This document shows, piece by piece, positions 26,153-35,677 of a stretch of 46,852 nucleotides of DNA. Position numbers and translations under genes: made by a program. How positions within the stretch are numbered: position 1 is the first letter of the stretch; the number at the start of each line of letters is the position of its first letter. Under the pieces are notes generated by a model, which worked only from the letters and a program-made list of their open reading frames with translations, ran no database searches and was not told the DNA's origin. Location: positions 1 through 46,852 of the forward strand of contig CAVOEM010000002.1 in NCBI GenBank assembly GCA_963694575.1, read 5' to 3'. The stretch is from Planctomycetes bacterium UBA1146. Lineage in GTDB: Bacteria > Planctomycetota > UBA8108 > UBA1146.

Positions 26153-27370
26153 GTGGAAAAGATCAAGGTGGAGAACCCCGTCGTCGAACTCGATGGGGAC
26201 GAGATGACTCGCATCATATGGCAGTTCATCAAGGAACGTCTGATCCTTCCCTATGTCGATGTCGACCTCAAGTACTTCGATCTGGGAGTGGAAAGCCGCG
26301 ATCAGACCGACGACCAGATCACCATCGATGCTGCCAATGCGATTCTCAAGTACGGCGTTGGAGTCAAGTGCGCCACCATCACGCCGGATGAACAGAGGGT
26401 GGAGGAGTTCAGCCTCAAAAAGATGTGGCGATCTCCTAACGGAACTATTCGAAACATCATCGGTGGCACCGTTTTCCGCGAGCCCATCATCTGTGAAAAT
26501 GTGCCTCGCCTGGTTCCCGGCTGGACCCAGTCGATCGTCATCGGTCGCCACGCACATGGTGACCAGTATCGAGCGACAGATTTCCTGGTCCCCGGTGCTG
26601 GAACGCTGTCGATGACTTTCACCCCGAGCGAGGGGGGAGAAGTCCAGAACTACGAGGTGATGCAATTCGATCAACCAGGGATCGCCATGGGCATGTACAA
26701 CTACGATGAATCGATCCGTGGTTTCGCTCGTGCTTGCATGAACTACGGATTGAAGCGGAAGTGGCCGGTATACCTTTCGACCAAGAACACCATCCTCAAA
26801 GCCTATGATGGGCGATTCAAGGATCTGTTCCAGGAAGTGTTCGACGAGGAGTTCCAGCCCGCCTTCGAAGATGCGGGAATCAGCTACGAGCATCGACTTA
26901 TCGATGACATGGTGGCTTGCGCCATGAAGTGGAACGGCGGCTTCGTCTGGGCGTGCAAGAATTACGATGGCGACGTTCAATCGGATACCGTGGCACAGGG
27001 ATTCGGGTCACTAGGCCTGATGACCAGCGTGCTGATGACCCCGGACGGCAAGACGGTCGAGGCGGAGGCTGCACACGGGACCGTGACCCGCCACTACCGA
27101 GAGCATCAGAAGGGCAATCCGACATCGACCAACCCGATCGCCAGCATCTTCGCCTGGACCCGTGGGTTTGCCCATCGGGCGCTGCTCGACGGAAACGATG
27201 ACCTCCGGCAATTCGCATTGGACCTGGAGGATGTCTGCATCGAGACGGTGGAGTCTGGACACATGACCAAGGATTTGGCGCTGTTAGTCGGGCCGGATAC
27301 TCCCTTCATGACCACGCAAGAATTTCTGGCCAAACTCGACGAGAACTTGCAAGCGAAGCGAGTTCTCTGA
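26153..27370 (+). CDS. icd: NADP-dependent isocitrate dehydrogenase (homodimeric, eukaryote-like type)
   Basis: Near-textbook sequence: [85 protein letters not shown] and [11 protein letters not shown] start. Confidence 0.95.
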   Translation: MEKIKVENPVVELDGDEMTRIIWQFIKERLILPYVDVDLKYFDLGVESRDQTDDQITIDAANAILKYGVGVKCATITPDEQRVEEFSLKKMWRSPNGTIRNIIGGTVFREPIICENVPRLVPGWTQSIVIGRHAHGDQYRATDFLVPGAGTLSMTFTPSEGGEVQNYEVMQFDQPGIAMGMYNYDESIRGFARACMNYGLKRKWPVYLSTKNTILKAYDGRFKDLFQEVFDEEFQPAFEDAGISYEHRLIDDMVACAMKWNGGFVWACKNYDGDVQSDTVAQGFGSLGLMTSVLMTPDGKTVEAEAAHGTVTRHYREHQKGNPTSTNPIASIFAWTRGFAHRALLDGNDDLRQFALDLEDVCIETVESGHMTKDLALLVGPDTPFMTTQEFLAKLDENLQAKRVL

Positions 27371-27384
27371 GATTCGAAGGAGAA

Positions 27385-28083
27385 GTGAAAGAGATGGTTG
27401 ATTCTTCCAGTGAAGGAATGACCCAGCAACGCTGGGAGCGGACCCATCAGTACATCGATCAACTCTTCTGTGATGATACAGAGCGATGGGATCGAGAGCA
27501 TGAAGCTTCAATGGAAGCGGGACTTCCAGCGATTTCGGTCGGTGCGGGAGTCGGACGGTGGCTCTCCTTGCTTGCATCGTTGTCGAGATCTGGTGGAGCG
27601 AATCTGATTGTGGAAGTGGGGACTCTCGGAGGTGCGAGCGCACTCGCACTGGCGCAGGGCCTCGGTGCAGATGGTCGAATCGTGACCATCGAAGCCTCGG
27701 ATGAGCATGCCGATTTTGCCCGGAAATCGATCGAGCGCGCAGGAGAATCGAGGATCGATGTGCGTCTCGGTGAAGGATTGGAACTGCTGCCTCGACTGGT
27801 CGAAGAACTCGGTGTGGGAAGTTGTGACCTGTTATTTCTGGATGCGATCAAAACCGAGTACCCGGGATACCTGGAGGCGGGAATGCCTCTGATGAGAAGC
27901 GGTGGCCTGGTCGTTGCTGACAACGTACTGGGAGCTGGAGAAGGATGGATTCCGGATGCCATCGATGGCGAGCCGAGCCGGGTCGCCATCGACCGGTTCA
28001 ACCGGATGGTCTCGGCAGATCCCAGGCTACAGGGGACCATCCTGCCGATGCGTCAGGGTCTACTGGTGGCACGGGTTCTCTAG
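27385..28083 (+). CDS. Class I SAM-dependent O-methyltransferase (caffeoyl-CoA OMT / Methyltransf_3-like)
   Basis: IVEVGTLGGASALALAQGL..DGRIVTIE (SAM motif I), DLLFLDAIKTEY and GGLVVADNVL fit the family. The start is GTG 27385 or ATG 27394. The stop lies 2 nt before the next gene. Confidence 0.8.
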   Translation: MKEMVDSSSEGMTQQRWERTHQYIDQLFCDDTERWDREHEASMEAGLPAISVGAGVGRWLSLLASLSRSGGANLIVEVGTLGGASALALAQGLGADGRIVTIEASDEHADFARKSIERAGESRIDVRLGEGLELLPRLVEELGVGSCDLLFLDAIKTEYPGYLEAGMPLMRSGGLVVADNVLGAGEGWIPDAIDGEPSRVAIDRFNRMVSADPRLQGTILPMRQGLLVARVL

Positions 28084-28085
28084 CG

Positions 28086-29033
28086 ATGGCAATCTCTCCG
28101 ATTCATTACATCGACACTCACACGGCAGGGGAACCGACCCGTGTGATCACAGGTGGTTTTCCTGATCTTGGATCAGGCAGTATGGTCGACCAGAGAGATG
28201 TGTTGCTTCGAGATCATGACTCGCTTCGAGCGGGAATCGTCCGCGAGCCACGAGGACACGAGGCGATGGTCGCAGCACTACTGCTCGAGAGTTCCCTGCC
28301 GGACTGCAATGCGGGAGTGATCTTCTTCAACAATGTCGGTGCTCTCGCAATGTGTGGCCATGGAGCGATGGGGGTTGTCGAAGCTCTCCGGCACATGGGG
28401 CGCATCGAGCCGGGGGATTGCCAGCTCGAAACTCCAGCGGGAGTTGTGGGTTTAAAGCTGCGAGAAGATGGCGAGATTTCCCTGCAAAATGTGGTCAGTC
28501 ATCGTGCTTCTGCAGATTGCACGGTGACTCTCGGCGACGGGAACTCGGTGACCGGAGATATTGCCTGGGGCGGAAACTGGTTTTTCATCGCAGAGACCCC
28601 TGGCATCGAGGTGGATTCGAAACATGTCTCTGCATTGACTGAAGCCGCCAGTCGAATTCGAGACGCACTAGATGGTGCAGGAATCCGTGGATCCAACGGT
28701 GAGCGAATCGATCATATCGAATTGCATCAGTCATTGCCGGCGGGGCAGGGCCAAGGGACTCGATCGTTCGTTCTTTGCCCTGGTCGAGAATGGGATCGTT
28801 CACCGTGCGGGACCGGCACCAGTGCCACGATGGCGTGCGAGTATCAGAAAGGGACGCTGAAGGAGGGGGATCTGTGGCACCAGATCGGGGTGCTAGGGAC
28901 TCGCTTTGTCGGATCCTTCGTGGTGGCGGACGAGGGGATCGTACCGACGATTCGCGGGCAGGCCTCCTTGTGTGGAGAGGGAACACTTTACTTCCCTTCG
29001 GATGATCCCTTTCGGCATGGCATCGACCTGTAA
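28086..29033 (+). CDS. Proline racemase-family enzyme, probable 4-hydroxyproline 2-epimerase
   Basis: ORF 27945..29033, with the start set at ATG 28086 (MAISPIHYIDTHTAGEPTRVI), giving 315 aa. Both catalytic Cys motifs are present (ALAMCGHGAMG and DRSPCGTGTSA), so it is an epimerase/racemase rather than a dehydratase. Neighbouring genes favour hydroxyproline as substrate. Confidence 0.85.
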   Translation: MAISPIHYIDTHTAGEPTRVITGGFPDLGSGSMVDQRDVLLRDHDSLRAGIVREPRGHEAMVAALLLESSLPDCNAGVIFFNNVGALAMCGHGAMGVVEALRHMGRIEPGDCQLETPAGVVGLKLREDGEISLQNVVSHRASADCTVTLGDGNSVTGDIAWGGNWFFIAETPGIEVDSKHVSALTEAASRIRDALDGAGIRGSNGERIDHIELHQSLPAGQGQGTRSFVLCPGREWDRSPCGTGTSATMACEYQKGTLKEGDLWHQIGVLGTRFVGSFVVADEGIVPTIRGQASLCGEGTLYFPSDDPFRHGIDL

Positions 29034-29066
29034 CAGATCCTGACCTATCCTTCTCTCGGAGGTCCC

Positions 29067-30155
29067 GTGCGCATCACCATAGACGCCACTGCTGCATGCA
29101 CTCCCCGACCCACAGGGATCGGGAGATATACCGCCCAACTGGCGCGTGCGCTGGACCAGATTGGATCGACGATTTCACTTGGAACTCGTTGTTCTCACCT
29201 GCACCGCCATCGACATCGATTAAAAATCCCCACGATCCGCAGCTTCTGGATCCAGGAACCGTGGTGGCCAGCGCTGACTCGACCCGATGTGGTCCATGTG
29301 ACCGATTCGAGAGTTCCACGCTGGAGATCCCCAAGAGTGGCGACGCTGCATGACGTGGTGCATCTGCTTCCTCAGAAGAAGAGAGACTTCCACTACTCGA
29401 CGAGGGAATTTCGGGACAAGAAGATCGCTGCCTACCAGTCGTTGGCGAGTGAATGTCATCGCATCATCGCTGTTAGTGAAACGACGCGACGCGATTTCCT
29501 GGAAGGTGTCGATTGTGACCCGAGCAAGGTTGTCGTGGTTCATCATGGCCTCGATCCCTTGTTCCAGCCGATCCCGCCCGATGAAGCTGCGCGCATTCTC
29601 GCTACTCGAAACATTCCCTATGGGGCAGTCATTTACGTTGGGGATCTCTCGAACCGAAAAAACATCCCCGGAATGATCGAGGGGTTCCTTGCGGCAGATC
29701 TGGGGGAGATCCCGATGGTGATCGCCGGTGAGCCGTCATTTGGTGGCGATGAAATTCTCGGTTTGATCGAGCGAAAAGGAAAGGGTCGAATCCATCTGAT
29801 CGGATGGCATGGTGACGATGTATTGCCCGCCCTCTACTCTTCGGCTCGGGCACTGCTGTACCCCACTCACTACGAGGGATTTGGAATGCCAGTGCTGGAA
29901 GCGATGGCCTGTGGTACGCCGGTGGTGGTTTCCAATACCGGTGCAGCACCCGAGATCGCGGGGGAACAGGCTCAGGTCTGTGATCCCGATGATCCTATAT
30001 CGATCTCCCGGGCACTCCAGAGGGCGTTGGGTCACGACCAAAGAAGACAGGATCTGGCCCGGAAGCATGCAACGACTTTTGATTGGAAAACCTGTGCCCG
30101 AGAAACGACCGTTGTTTATCGGCAGGCGATCGAAGCGGCTGGCGGTGCCCGCTGA
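29067..30155 (+). CDS. Family-4-like (GT-B) glycosyltransferase
   Basis: GTG start with GGAGG 5 nt upstream. The family signature is YPTHYEGFGMPVLEAMACGTPVVVSNTGAAPEI (E-x7-E region), with N-terminal IGRYTAQLARAL. Its stop TGA overlaps the next ATG (TGATG). Confidence 0.85.
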   Translation: MRITIDATAACTPRPTGIGRYTAQLARALDQIGSTISLGTRCSHLHRHRHRLKIPTIRSFWIQEPWWPALTRPDVVHVTDSRVPRWRSPRVATLHDVVHLLPQKKRDFHYSTREFRDKKIAAYQSLASECHRIIAVSETTRRDFLEGVDCDPSKVVVVHHGLDPLFQPIPPDEAARILATRNIPYGAVIYVGDLSNRKNIPGMIEGFLAADLGEIPMVIAGEPSFGGDEILGLIERKGKGRIHLIGWHGDDVLPALYSSARALLYPTHYEGFGMPVLEAMACGTPVVVSNTGAAPEIAGEQAQVCDPDDPISISRALQRALGHDQRRQDLARKHATTFDWKTCARETTVVYRQAIEAAGGAR

Positions 30156-31285
30156 TGGCAAATTTCAAGGTTGTGATCGTCGGTGCAGGAGTGGTCGGCG
30201 CCTGCTGTGCTCGAACACTGGCTCGCTGCGGGGCCGAAGTGCTGGTGGTGGACCAGGGTGAGGCGGTGGGAGTTCGAGGGGGAACCGCTGCGGGAATGGG
30301 ACACATCGTCATCAATGATGGGGATGAAGCCGGATTGCAACTTTGCAAGCTGGGAAGATCGATCTGGCGAGACGATTGCCCAGAAATCGCTGGAGCGGAC
30401 GGTTTCATCGAAACCGGTACCCTCTGGATGGCTGAAGATGATGTCGCATTCGAAGGACTCGCAGACTCTGCAAAGAGACTCGAGTCAGAAGGCATTCATG
30501 CCGAGTTACTCGAAGGAAAATCCTTCCACGATGCGGAGCCAGCACTGGCGAGGGATCTGGTCGGCGGTCTTCGATTGCCGGAGGATGGGGTGTTGTACGC
30601 TCCTGTGGTTGCCGCAGCGATGATGGATCAGGCAAAGCAGATGGGAGCGAGCTTTCGTCCACGGGTGAGGGTTTCTTCTGTGGAGTCGGGAGTGGTTCGC
30701 CTCGACGATGGGAACACCATCGGAGCCGATGCCATCGTGATCGCCTCAGGATTGAATGCGCTCGACCTACTCGATGAATCGGGGATCACCGTGCCGATCG
30801 TCCCTCGTGAAGGACAACTCGCCATCACTGCCCGAGGAACCCAGGTTCTCACTCACCATGTCGTCGAGGCGGGATACCAGAAGGGGGCTCACGGTGTCGT
30901 GGAAGAAGCAGTGGCCTGCGCCATCCTGCCCAGATCTACCGGCCAGCTGTGTATCGGGTCGAGTCGCCGTCCCCGGCATGGCGGAGCGGTCGACCGGGAG
31001 CTGATGGAGCGAATTGTCGCCCGAAGTGATCGATTCCTGCCAGGGATCTCGAGGTTGCCAATTGTTCGCTGCTGGAGTGGAACTCGGGCGGCGACCGCAG
31101 ATTCGAGACCGCTGATCGGCCCGGTGCCCGCTCAGCCAGGGGTCTGGATCGCTGCAGGCTTCGAGGGCCTGGGGATCACCCAGGCTCCTGCGGCGGCCCA
31201 GTTGATCGCGCACTCGATGCAGGGAACCACCAGCCCCATCGATCCCCGAGCCTGGGATCCGGCTCGAGTCATGACCACTTCTTGA
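30155..31285 (+). CDS. DAO-family FAD-dependent oxidoreductase, probable D-hydroxyproline dehydrogenase (beta-type subunit) or opine-oxidase-like subunit
   Basis: ORF 30083..31285, with the start set at ATG 30155 (MANFKVVIVGAGVVGACCARTLARCGAEVLVVDQ, a GxGxxG dinucleotide fold). 376 aa, with C-terminal AAGFEGLGITQAPA typical of DAO enzymes. Confidence 0.8.
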   Translation: MANFKVVIVGAGVVGACCARTLARCGAEVLVVDQGEAVGVRGGTAAGMGHIVINDGDEAGLQLCKLGRSIWRDDCPEIAGADGFIETGTLWMAEDDVAFEGLADSAKRLESEGIHAELLEGKSFHDAEPALARDLVGGLRLPEDGVLYAPVVAAAMMDQAKQMGASFRPRVRVSSVESGVVRLDDGNTIGADAIVIASGLNALDLLDESGITVPIVPREGQLAITARGTQVLTHHVVEAGYQKGAHGVVEEAVACAILPRSTGQLCIGSSRRPRHGGAVDRELMERIVARSDRFLPGISRLPIVRCWSGTRAATADSRPLIGPVPAQPGVWIAAGFEGLGITQAPAAAQLIAHSMQGTTSPIDPRAWDPARVMTTS

Positions 31286-31380
31286 TCCTGGCAGAGCAAA
31301 GGGCACGATGCAGCCGTTGAGCCAGGGATCCAGAGGATCAGGCCGCAGGTGAATCGAATTCATTTCAGGGAGGAACAGTC

Positions 31381-32790
31381 TTGCAGATCACGGTGACTGA
31401 GATCGAACTGGAACTGAAGGAGTGCCATACGCGCATCCCATTTCGTTTCGGTGTGCATACACTCACCGAGGCCCCGATGGCGGTGGCTACTCTTCATGCA
31501 GAAACATCCGATGGTACTCCGATGGTCGGCTACACATCGGAGTTACTGGTACCTCGCTGGTTCGAGAAGAACCTCGAGCGATCGGTCGAAGCTGATATCG
31601 AATCGCTGGTCGAGAGTATTCAGATCGCCGGGCAGATTCTAATCGATGGAACCAAGGCCTCGGTATTTGATCATTACTGGAGAACCCTGGAAGACCGGGT
31701 CCTGTCGGTTCCCGTCTCGGCAGCCGATCGACTGACTCGAGGATTCGGGTGCGCGATCTGGGAACGAGCGATGATGGACGCAGCCTGTAGAGGTGTCGGG
31801 GTACCGTTCATCGATGCTCTCGAGTGTGATCTGTTCAAGATCCAGCCCGATCGCTTTCACTCATCCATTCCAGCAGGTTGGAAGTTTCATCCTGCACCTC
31901 CGCCTTCGACGATTGCGGTCCGTCACACGGTCGGTTTGCTCGATGATCTGGAGGAGGCGTCTGAGGGAGCTCCCGAAGATGGCCTGCCGGTGACCCTGGT
32001 CGAGGATATCCATCGTCACGGCCTCGCCTGGTTCAAGGTGAAGGTCGGCGGAGATCCGCAGCAGGATCTGGAGCGACTGGGTCAAGTGGCTCGGATTCTC
32101 GAGCGTGAAGCTTCCCCCGGTTACCGGGTGACCCTCGATGGGAACGAGCAGTATGCCGATCCCTCGCAACTGGCACAGGTGCTGGAGCAGTTGTCAGCGA
32201 AGCGGTCTGGCTCCACCTTCATCGATGCGATGGTCAGCATCGAACAACCGGTGCCACGTTCCTTGACCTTTGATGAGAGCGCCAGCCCCGGCGAACTGAC
32301 AAAGTTCGCCCCCGTCATCATCGACGAGGCGGACCATGGTCCGGAGGCCTTTCCCGAGGCGTTACGCATCGGCTATCGAGGGGTCTCTGCCAAGAACTGC
32401 AAGGGCGTATCGCGCTCCATTGCGCATCAGGGCCTGTGCGACCATCACGAAGGCGGCGCCTTCATCAGTGGCGAGGATCTGACCAATCTGCCACCGTGGG
32501 GGTTGCATCAGGATTTGTTGACGGCGGCGGCACTGGGATTGCACCATGTCGAGCGAAACGGTCACCATTACTTCAGAGGTCTCGATCATCTTCCTCCAGC
32601 GGAAGTGGCTTCGCTGGTAAATGATCATCCAGATCTCTATCGAGCACTCGGCGATGGAGCCGAACTCCACATCGAAGACGGTAACCTCTCGATTCGATCT
32701 CTCGATTGCGATGGCTACGGCTGCACCATCGAACCTGCGAGCGATCAGCGTCGCTCGGTACTCTCCCGAAGAGCGAAAGAACAGGGATGA
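31381..32790 (+). CDS. Divergent, unusually long (469 aa) enolase-superfamily-like protein, function unknown
   Basis: TTG start with GGGAGG 8 nt upstream. The capping-domain pattern is ECHTRIPFRFGVHTLTEAPMAVATLHAETSDGTPMVGYTSE. Barrel motifs occur in canonical order: WFKVKVGGD (KxK), RVTLDGNEQY, VSIEQPV, VIIDEAD and GVSAKNCKG. Assignment is by motif order only. Confidence 0.6.
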   Translation: MQITVTEIELELKECHTRIPFRFGVHTLTEAPMAVATLHAETSDGTPMVGYTSELLVPRWFEKNLERSVEADIESLVESIQIAGQILIDGTKASVFDHYWRTLEDRVLSVPVSAADRLTRGFGCAIWERAMMDAACRGVGVPFIDALECDLFKIQPDRFHSSIPAGWKFHPAPPPSTIAVRHTVGLLDDLEEASEGAPEDGLPVTLVEDIHRHGLAWFKVKVGGDPQQDLERLGQVARILEREASPGYRVTLDGNEQYADPSQLAQVLEQLSAKRSGSTFIDAMVSIEQPVPRSLTFDESASPGELTKFAPVIIDEADHGPEAFPEALRIGYRGVSAKNCKGVSRSIAHQGLCDHHEGGAFISGEDLTNLPPWGLHQDLLTAAALGLHHVERNGHHYFRGLDHLPPAEVASLVNDHPDLYRALGDGAELHIEDGNLSIRSLDCDGYGCTIEPASDQRRSVLSRRAKEQG

Positions 32791-34247
32791 AGATTCGATC
32801 TCCGAACAAGTTCAAGGATACAGACTCCTTTCGTGCTCGATGGAAGGAGATCGATGGCCGGCTGGACCTCGATGATGAGGTGGAATCTCCCGGACCACTC
32901 GGATCCGCACTGGAGAAGGGGGGCTGGTCCCTCTCCAACCGATTTGCCGTCCATCCGATGGAGGGTTGGGACGCCCATGCCGATGGATCTCCTTCCGAAG
33001 AGACGCTCCGGCGCTGGCGCCGCTTTGGAGAGAGTGGCGCTGCCCTGATCTGGGGTGGTGAAGCGTTTGCGGTGGTGGAGGATGGTCGGGCCAACCCGAA
33101 CCAACTGTTCCATCGCGATTCGGACCGAAGTTGCCGGACACTGGAGTCGCTGCGACAGGCGATCACGGCCGGCCATGATGCGATCGGAAACGAAGCACCC
33201 ACTGCTTCAGTGGTAGGTTTGCAACTGACTCACTCCGGACGCTGGTCGCGCCCGACCGTGGCGGGTCCTTCGCCAAGGATCGCCTTTCAGCATCCGATTC
33301 TCGATGAGCGAGTTTCCGCCACTGCCGAACAGTTGCTCGACGATGGTGAACTGGAATCGATCGCTGAGAGGTATGTCGAGGCTGCGGTCTGTGCGCAGAA
33401 GGCGGGTTTCGATTTCGTCGATATCAAGGCGTGTCACGGTTACCTGTTGCACGAGTTACTGTCGGCGAGAACGCGCCCTGGTCGATACGGTGGAGATCTG
33501 GAGGGTCGTAGTCGTCTGTTGAGAGAGGTGATTGCAGCAGTCCGCAGCGCCGCACCGGGGCTGGGGGTCGCGGTACGCCTGTCGGTGACCGATGTGATTC
33601 CCTTCAAGAAATCGCAACAGGGTGAGGGTGAACCGGACTGGCCCGAGGGCGAGCCTTACCCGCATGGCTTTGGCCTCGATCCTGCAGATCCGCAGAACCC
33701 CAGCTGGACCGAGCCGATGCAATTGATCACCTTGCTGCAGGAGGTGGGCATCGAATGGCTCAACTTGACCATCGGTTCGCCCTACTGGTGTCCTCACCGT
33801 CAGAGACCGGCACAGTATCCTCCCAGTGACGGATATCCGCCGCCGGAAGATCCGCTGGTGGGAGTTGCCGCACATCTTCAGGCGGCCAGAGCGGTCCGAC
33901 AGTCATTTCCCCAGCTCGGTCTGGTCGGCACCGGCTGGACCTATTTGCAGGAGTGGTTGCCGGCGGTGGCGCAGCATGAGATCCGTAACGGATTCCAGGA
34001 TGTGGTCGGCCTCGGCAGATCGATGCTCTCCTATCCCGAGTTACCGAGGGACATCATCCATGGCCGAACGATGCCGAAGAAACTGGTGTGCCGGACCTTC
34101 AGTGACTGCACCACAGCACCGAGAAACGGATTGATCAGCGGGTGCTTTCCACTCGATGAGCATTACAAATCGCACCCGGCCGCAGCGGAACTGAAGTCCG
34201 TCAAGGCGAGTGCCCGGCAGATCGCCAGAGAAGGGGAGAACCATTGA
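32787..34247 (+). CDS. Old-yellow-enzyme-like FMN oxidoreductase (NADH:flavin oxidoreductase family)
   Basis: ORF 32706..34247, with the start set at ATG 32787 (MKIRSPNKF), which overlaps the previous stop as ATGA. Motifs are FAVHPMEGW, GAALIWGGEAFAV, VGLQLTHSGRW, FDFVDIKACHGYLLHELLSARTRPGRYGGDLEGRSRLLREVI and VRLSV. The C-terminus has CRTFSDCTTAPRNGLISGC. Confidence 0.8.
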   Translation: MKIRSPNKFKDTDSFRARWKEIDGRLDLDDEVESPGPLGSALEKGGWSLSNRFAVHPMEGWDAHADGSPSEETLRRWRRFGESGAALIWGGEAFAVVEDGRANPNQLFHRDSDRSCRTLESLRQAITAGHDAIGNEAPTASVVGLQLTHSGRWSRPTVAGPSPRIAFQHPILDERVSATAEQLLDDGELESIAERYVEAAVCAQKAGFDFVDIKACHGYLLHELLSARTRPGRYGGDLEGRSRLLREVIAAVRSAAPGLGVAVRLSVTDVIPFKKSQQGEGEPDWPEGEPYPHGFGLDPADPQNPSWTEPMQLITLLQEVGIEWLNLTIGSPYWCPHRQRPAQYPPSDGYPPPEDPLVGVAAHLQAARAVRQSFPQLGLVGTGWTYLQEWLPAVAQHEIRNGFQDVVGLGRSMLSYPELPRDIIHGRTMPKKLVCRTFSDCTTAPRNGLISGCFPLDEHYKSHPAAAELKSVKASARQIAREGENH

Positions 34248-35677
34248 GTGAACCCGAAGCCGATTCCAAGAATTCCATCGACCTTCCGATGGTGGCTCCA
34301 CCCGATCCGGTTGCTCTGGCCGAGGAAAAGAAGTGGCTCACTTCGCTAGAATCTGCACCCATCACGAAGCGCTGGGCCGCGTTTCTCAAGCGAGGCGGAC
34401 CGGGCTATCTGCAGAGTTCACTGACCCTCGGTGGTGGCACCGCAGCCGCAACTCTGATGGCAGGGGGTGCGTTCGGCTATCAACTGTTGTGGGTGGCGCC
34501 ACTCTCGATGCTACTGGGAGTCGCGGTGCTGTCGGCGGTCGCACACCAGACCCTTTCGACGGGAAAGCGGCCACTGCCGGCGATCCGAGAGCACGCCGGG
34601 CCTTTCTTCGCCTTCGCCTTCATCGCCGGAGCGGTGCTGTCGAGTGTCATCTGGCATTTCGCCCAGTACGCCCTCGCCTCGGCAGCGATCGAGGATATCG
34701 GTGCCGTCAGTGGAACGGGAATCTCGCGCTGGATGGGGGGATTGCTAGTACTGGCGTGGGCCATCAGCTGGTCCTTCACCTATGGCCGTTCACCGGCGTT
34801 GTTGAAACTGTTCGAGCGTAGCATGCAGGTGATGGTGTGGTTGATCGTGCTCTGTTTCGCCGCCGTCGTGGTCAAGACGGGGATCAGTGATCCCGGAGCC
34901 TTCCTGTCCGGTTTCATTCCCGGTGGCGTCGGCGAAGTCTATACGCCTGGAGGGGATGAGGCGAAGTCGATCGGTGCTCTCAGCATCGTGGTGGCGGGAT
35001 TGGCCGCGGCCATCGGTGCCAACATGGTTTTTCTCTATCCGTACTCGTTGCTGGCGAGAGGCTGGGGCAAGGAGCACCGATCACTGGCGAGGTTCGATCT
35101 GTTCGCGGGCATGTTCGTTCCTTATCTGTTGACGACGACCCTCATCGTGGTGGCGGCCGCGAGCACCTTCGGTGCCGATGGGATCCCCTTTCCCGGCAAG
35201 GGTTTTGCGCCCGTCGATGCCGCAAAGATCCTCGGCGGCACCTTCGGCACCAGCACCTCACGAATTCTGTTCGACCTGGGGTTACTGGGAATGGTCACCA
35301 GCAGCATCACGATGCACATGGTCTGCTGCGGCTTCGCAGCCTGTGAAACATTGGGCTGGAAGGTCGGATCGGCGAAGTTTCGTCTCGCCTGTCTGTTGCC
35401 GACCCCTGGAGTGCTGGGTGCCTTCTTCTGGGGTGACATCAAGATCTGGATCGCGGTCCCGACCACCATCCTGACCGGTTTCCTGCTGCCTGCGGTCTAC
35501 ATCGGAATCCTCAAGATGCAGCGCTCCAGGGCGTACCTCGGTGCAGATCTACCGCAGGGCAGGAAGGCGATGCTGTGGCAGGGATTGATCTTGCTGGCGA
35601 CGCTGGTGCTGAGTGTCTTCCTGATCTGGATTACCGTCACCGCGATACCTGGATGGTGGAGGACTCTCACCGGATGA
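34244..35677 (+). CDS. Nramp-fold (MntH-related) membrane transporter lacking the canonical metal-binding residues
   Basis: The TTG start overlaps the previous stop (TTGA), with GGGGAG upstream. [33 protein letters not shown] aligns with E. coli MntH [33 protein letters not shown] (recalled from memory). About 11 hydrophobic segments. ATG at codon 16 is an alternative start. Confidence 0.75.
   Translation: [477 protein letters not shown]

Noticed and set aside
26150-26980. 276-aa minus-strand ORF
   Set aside because: It is antisense to the near-textbook isocitrate dehydrogenase gene and has no family signal.
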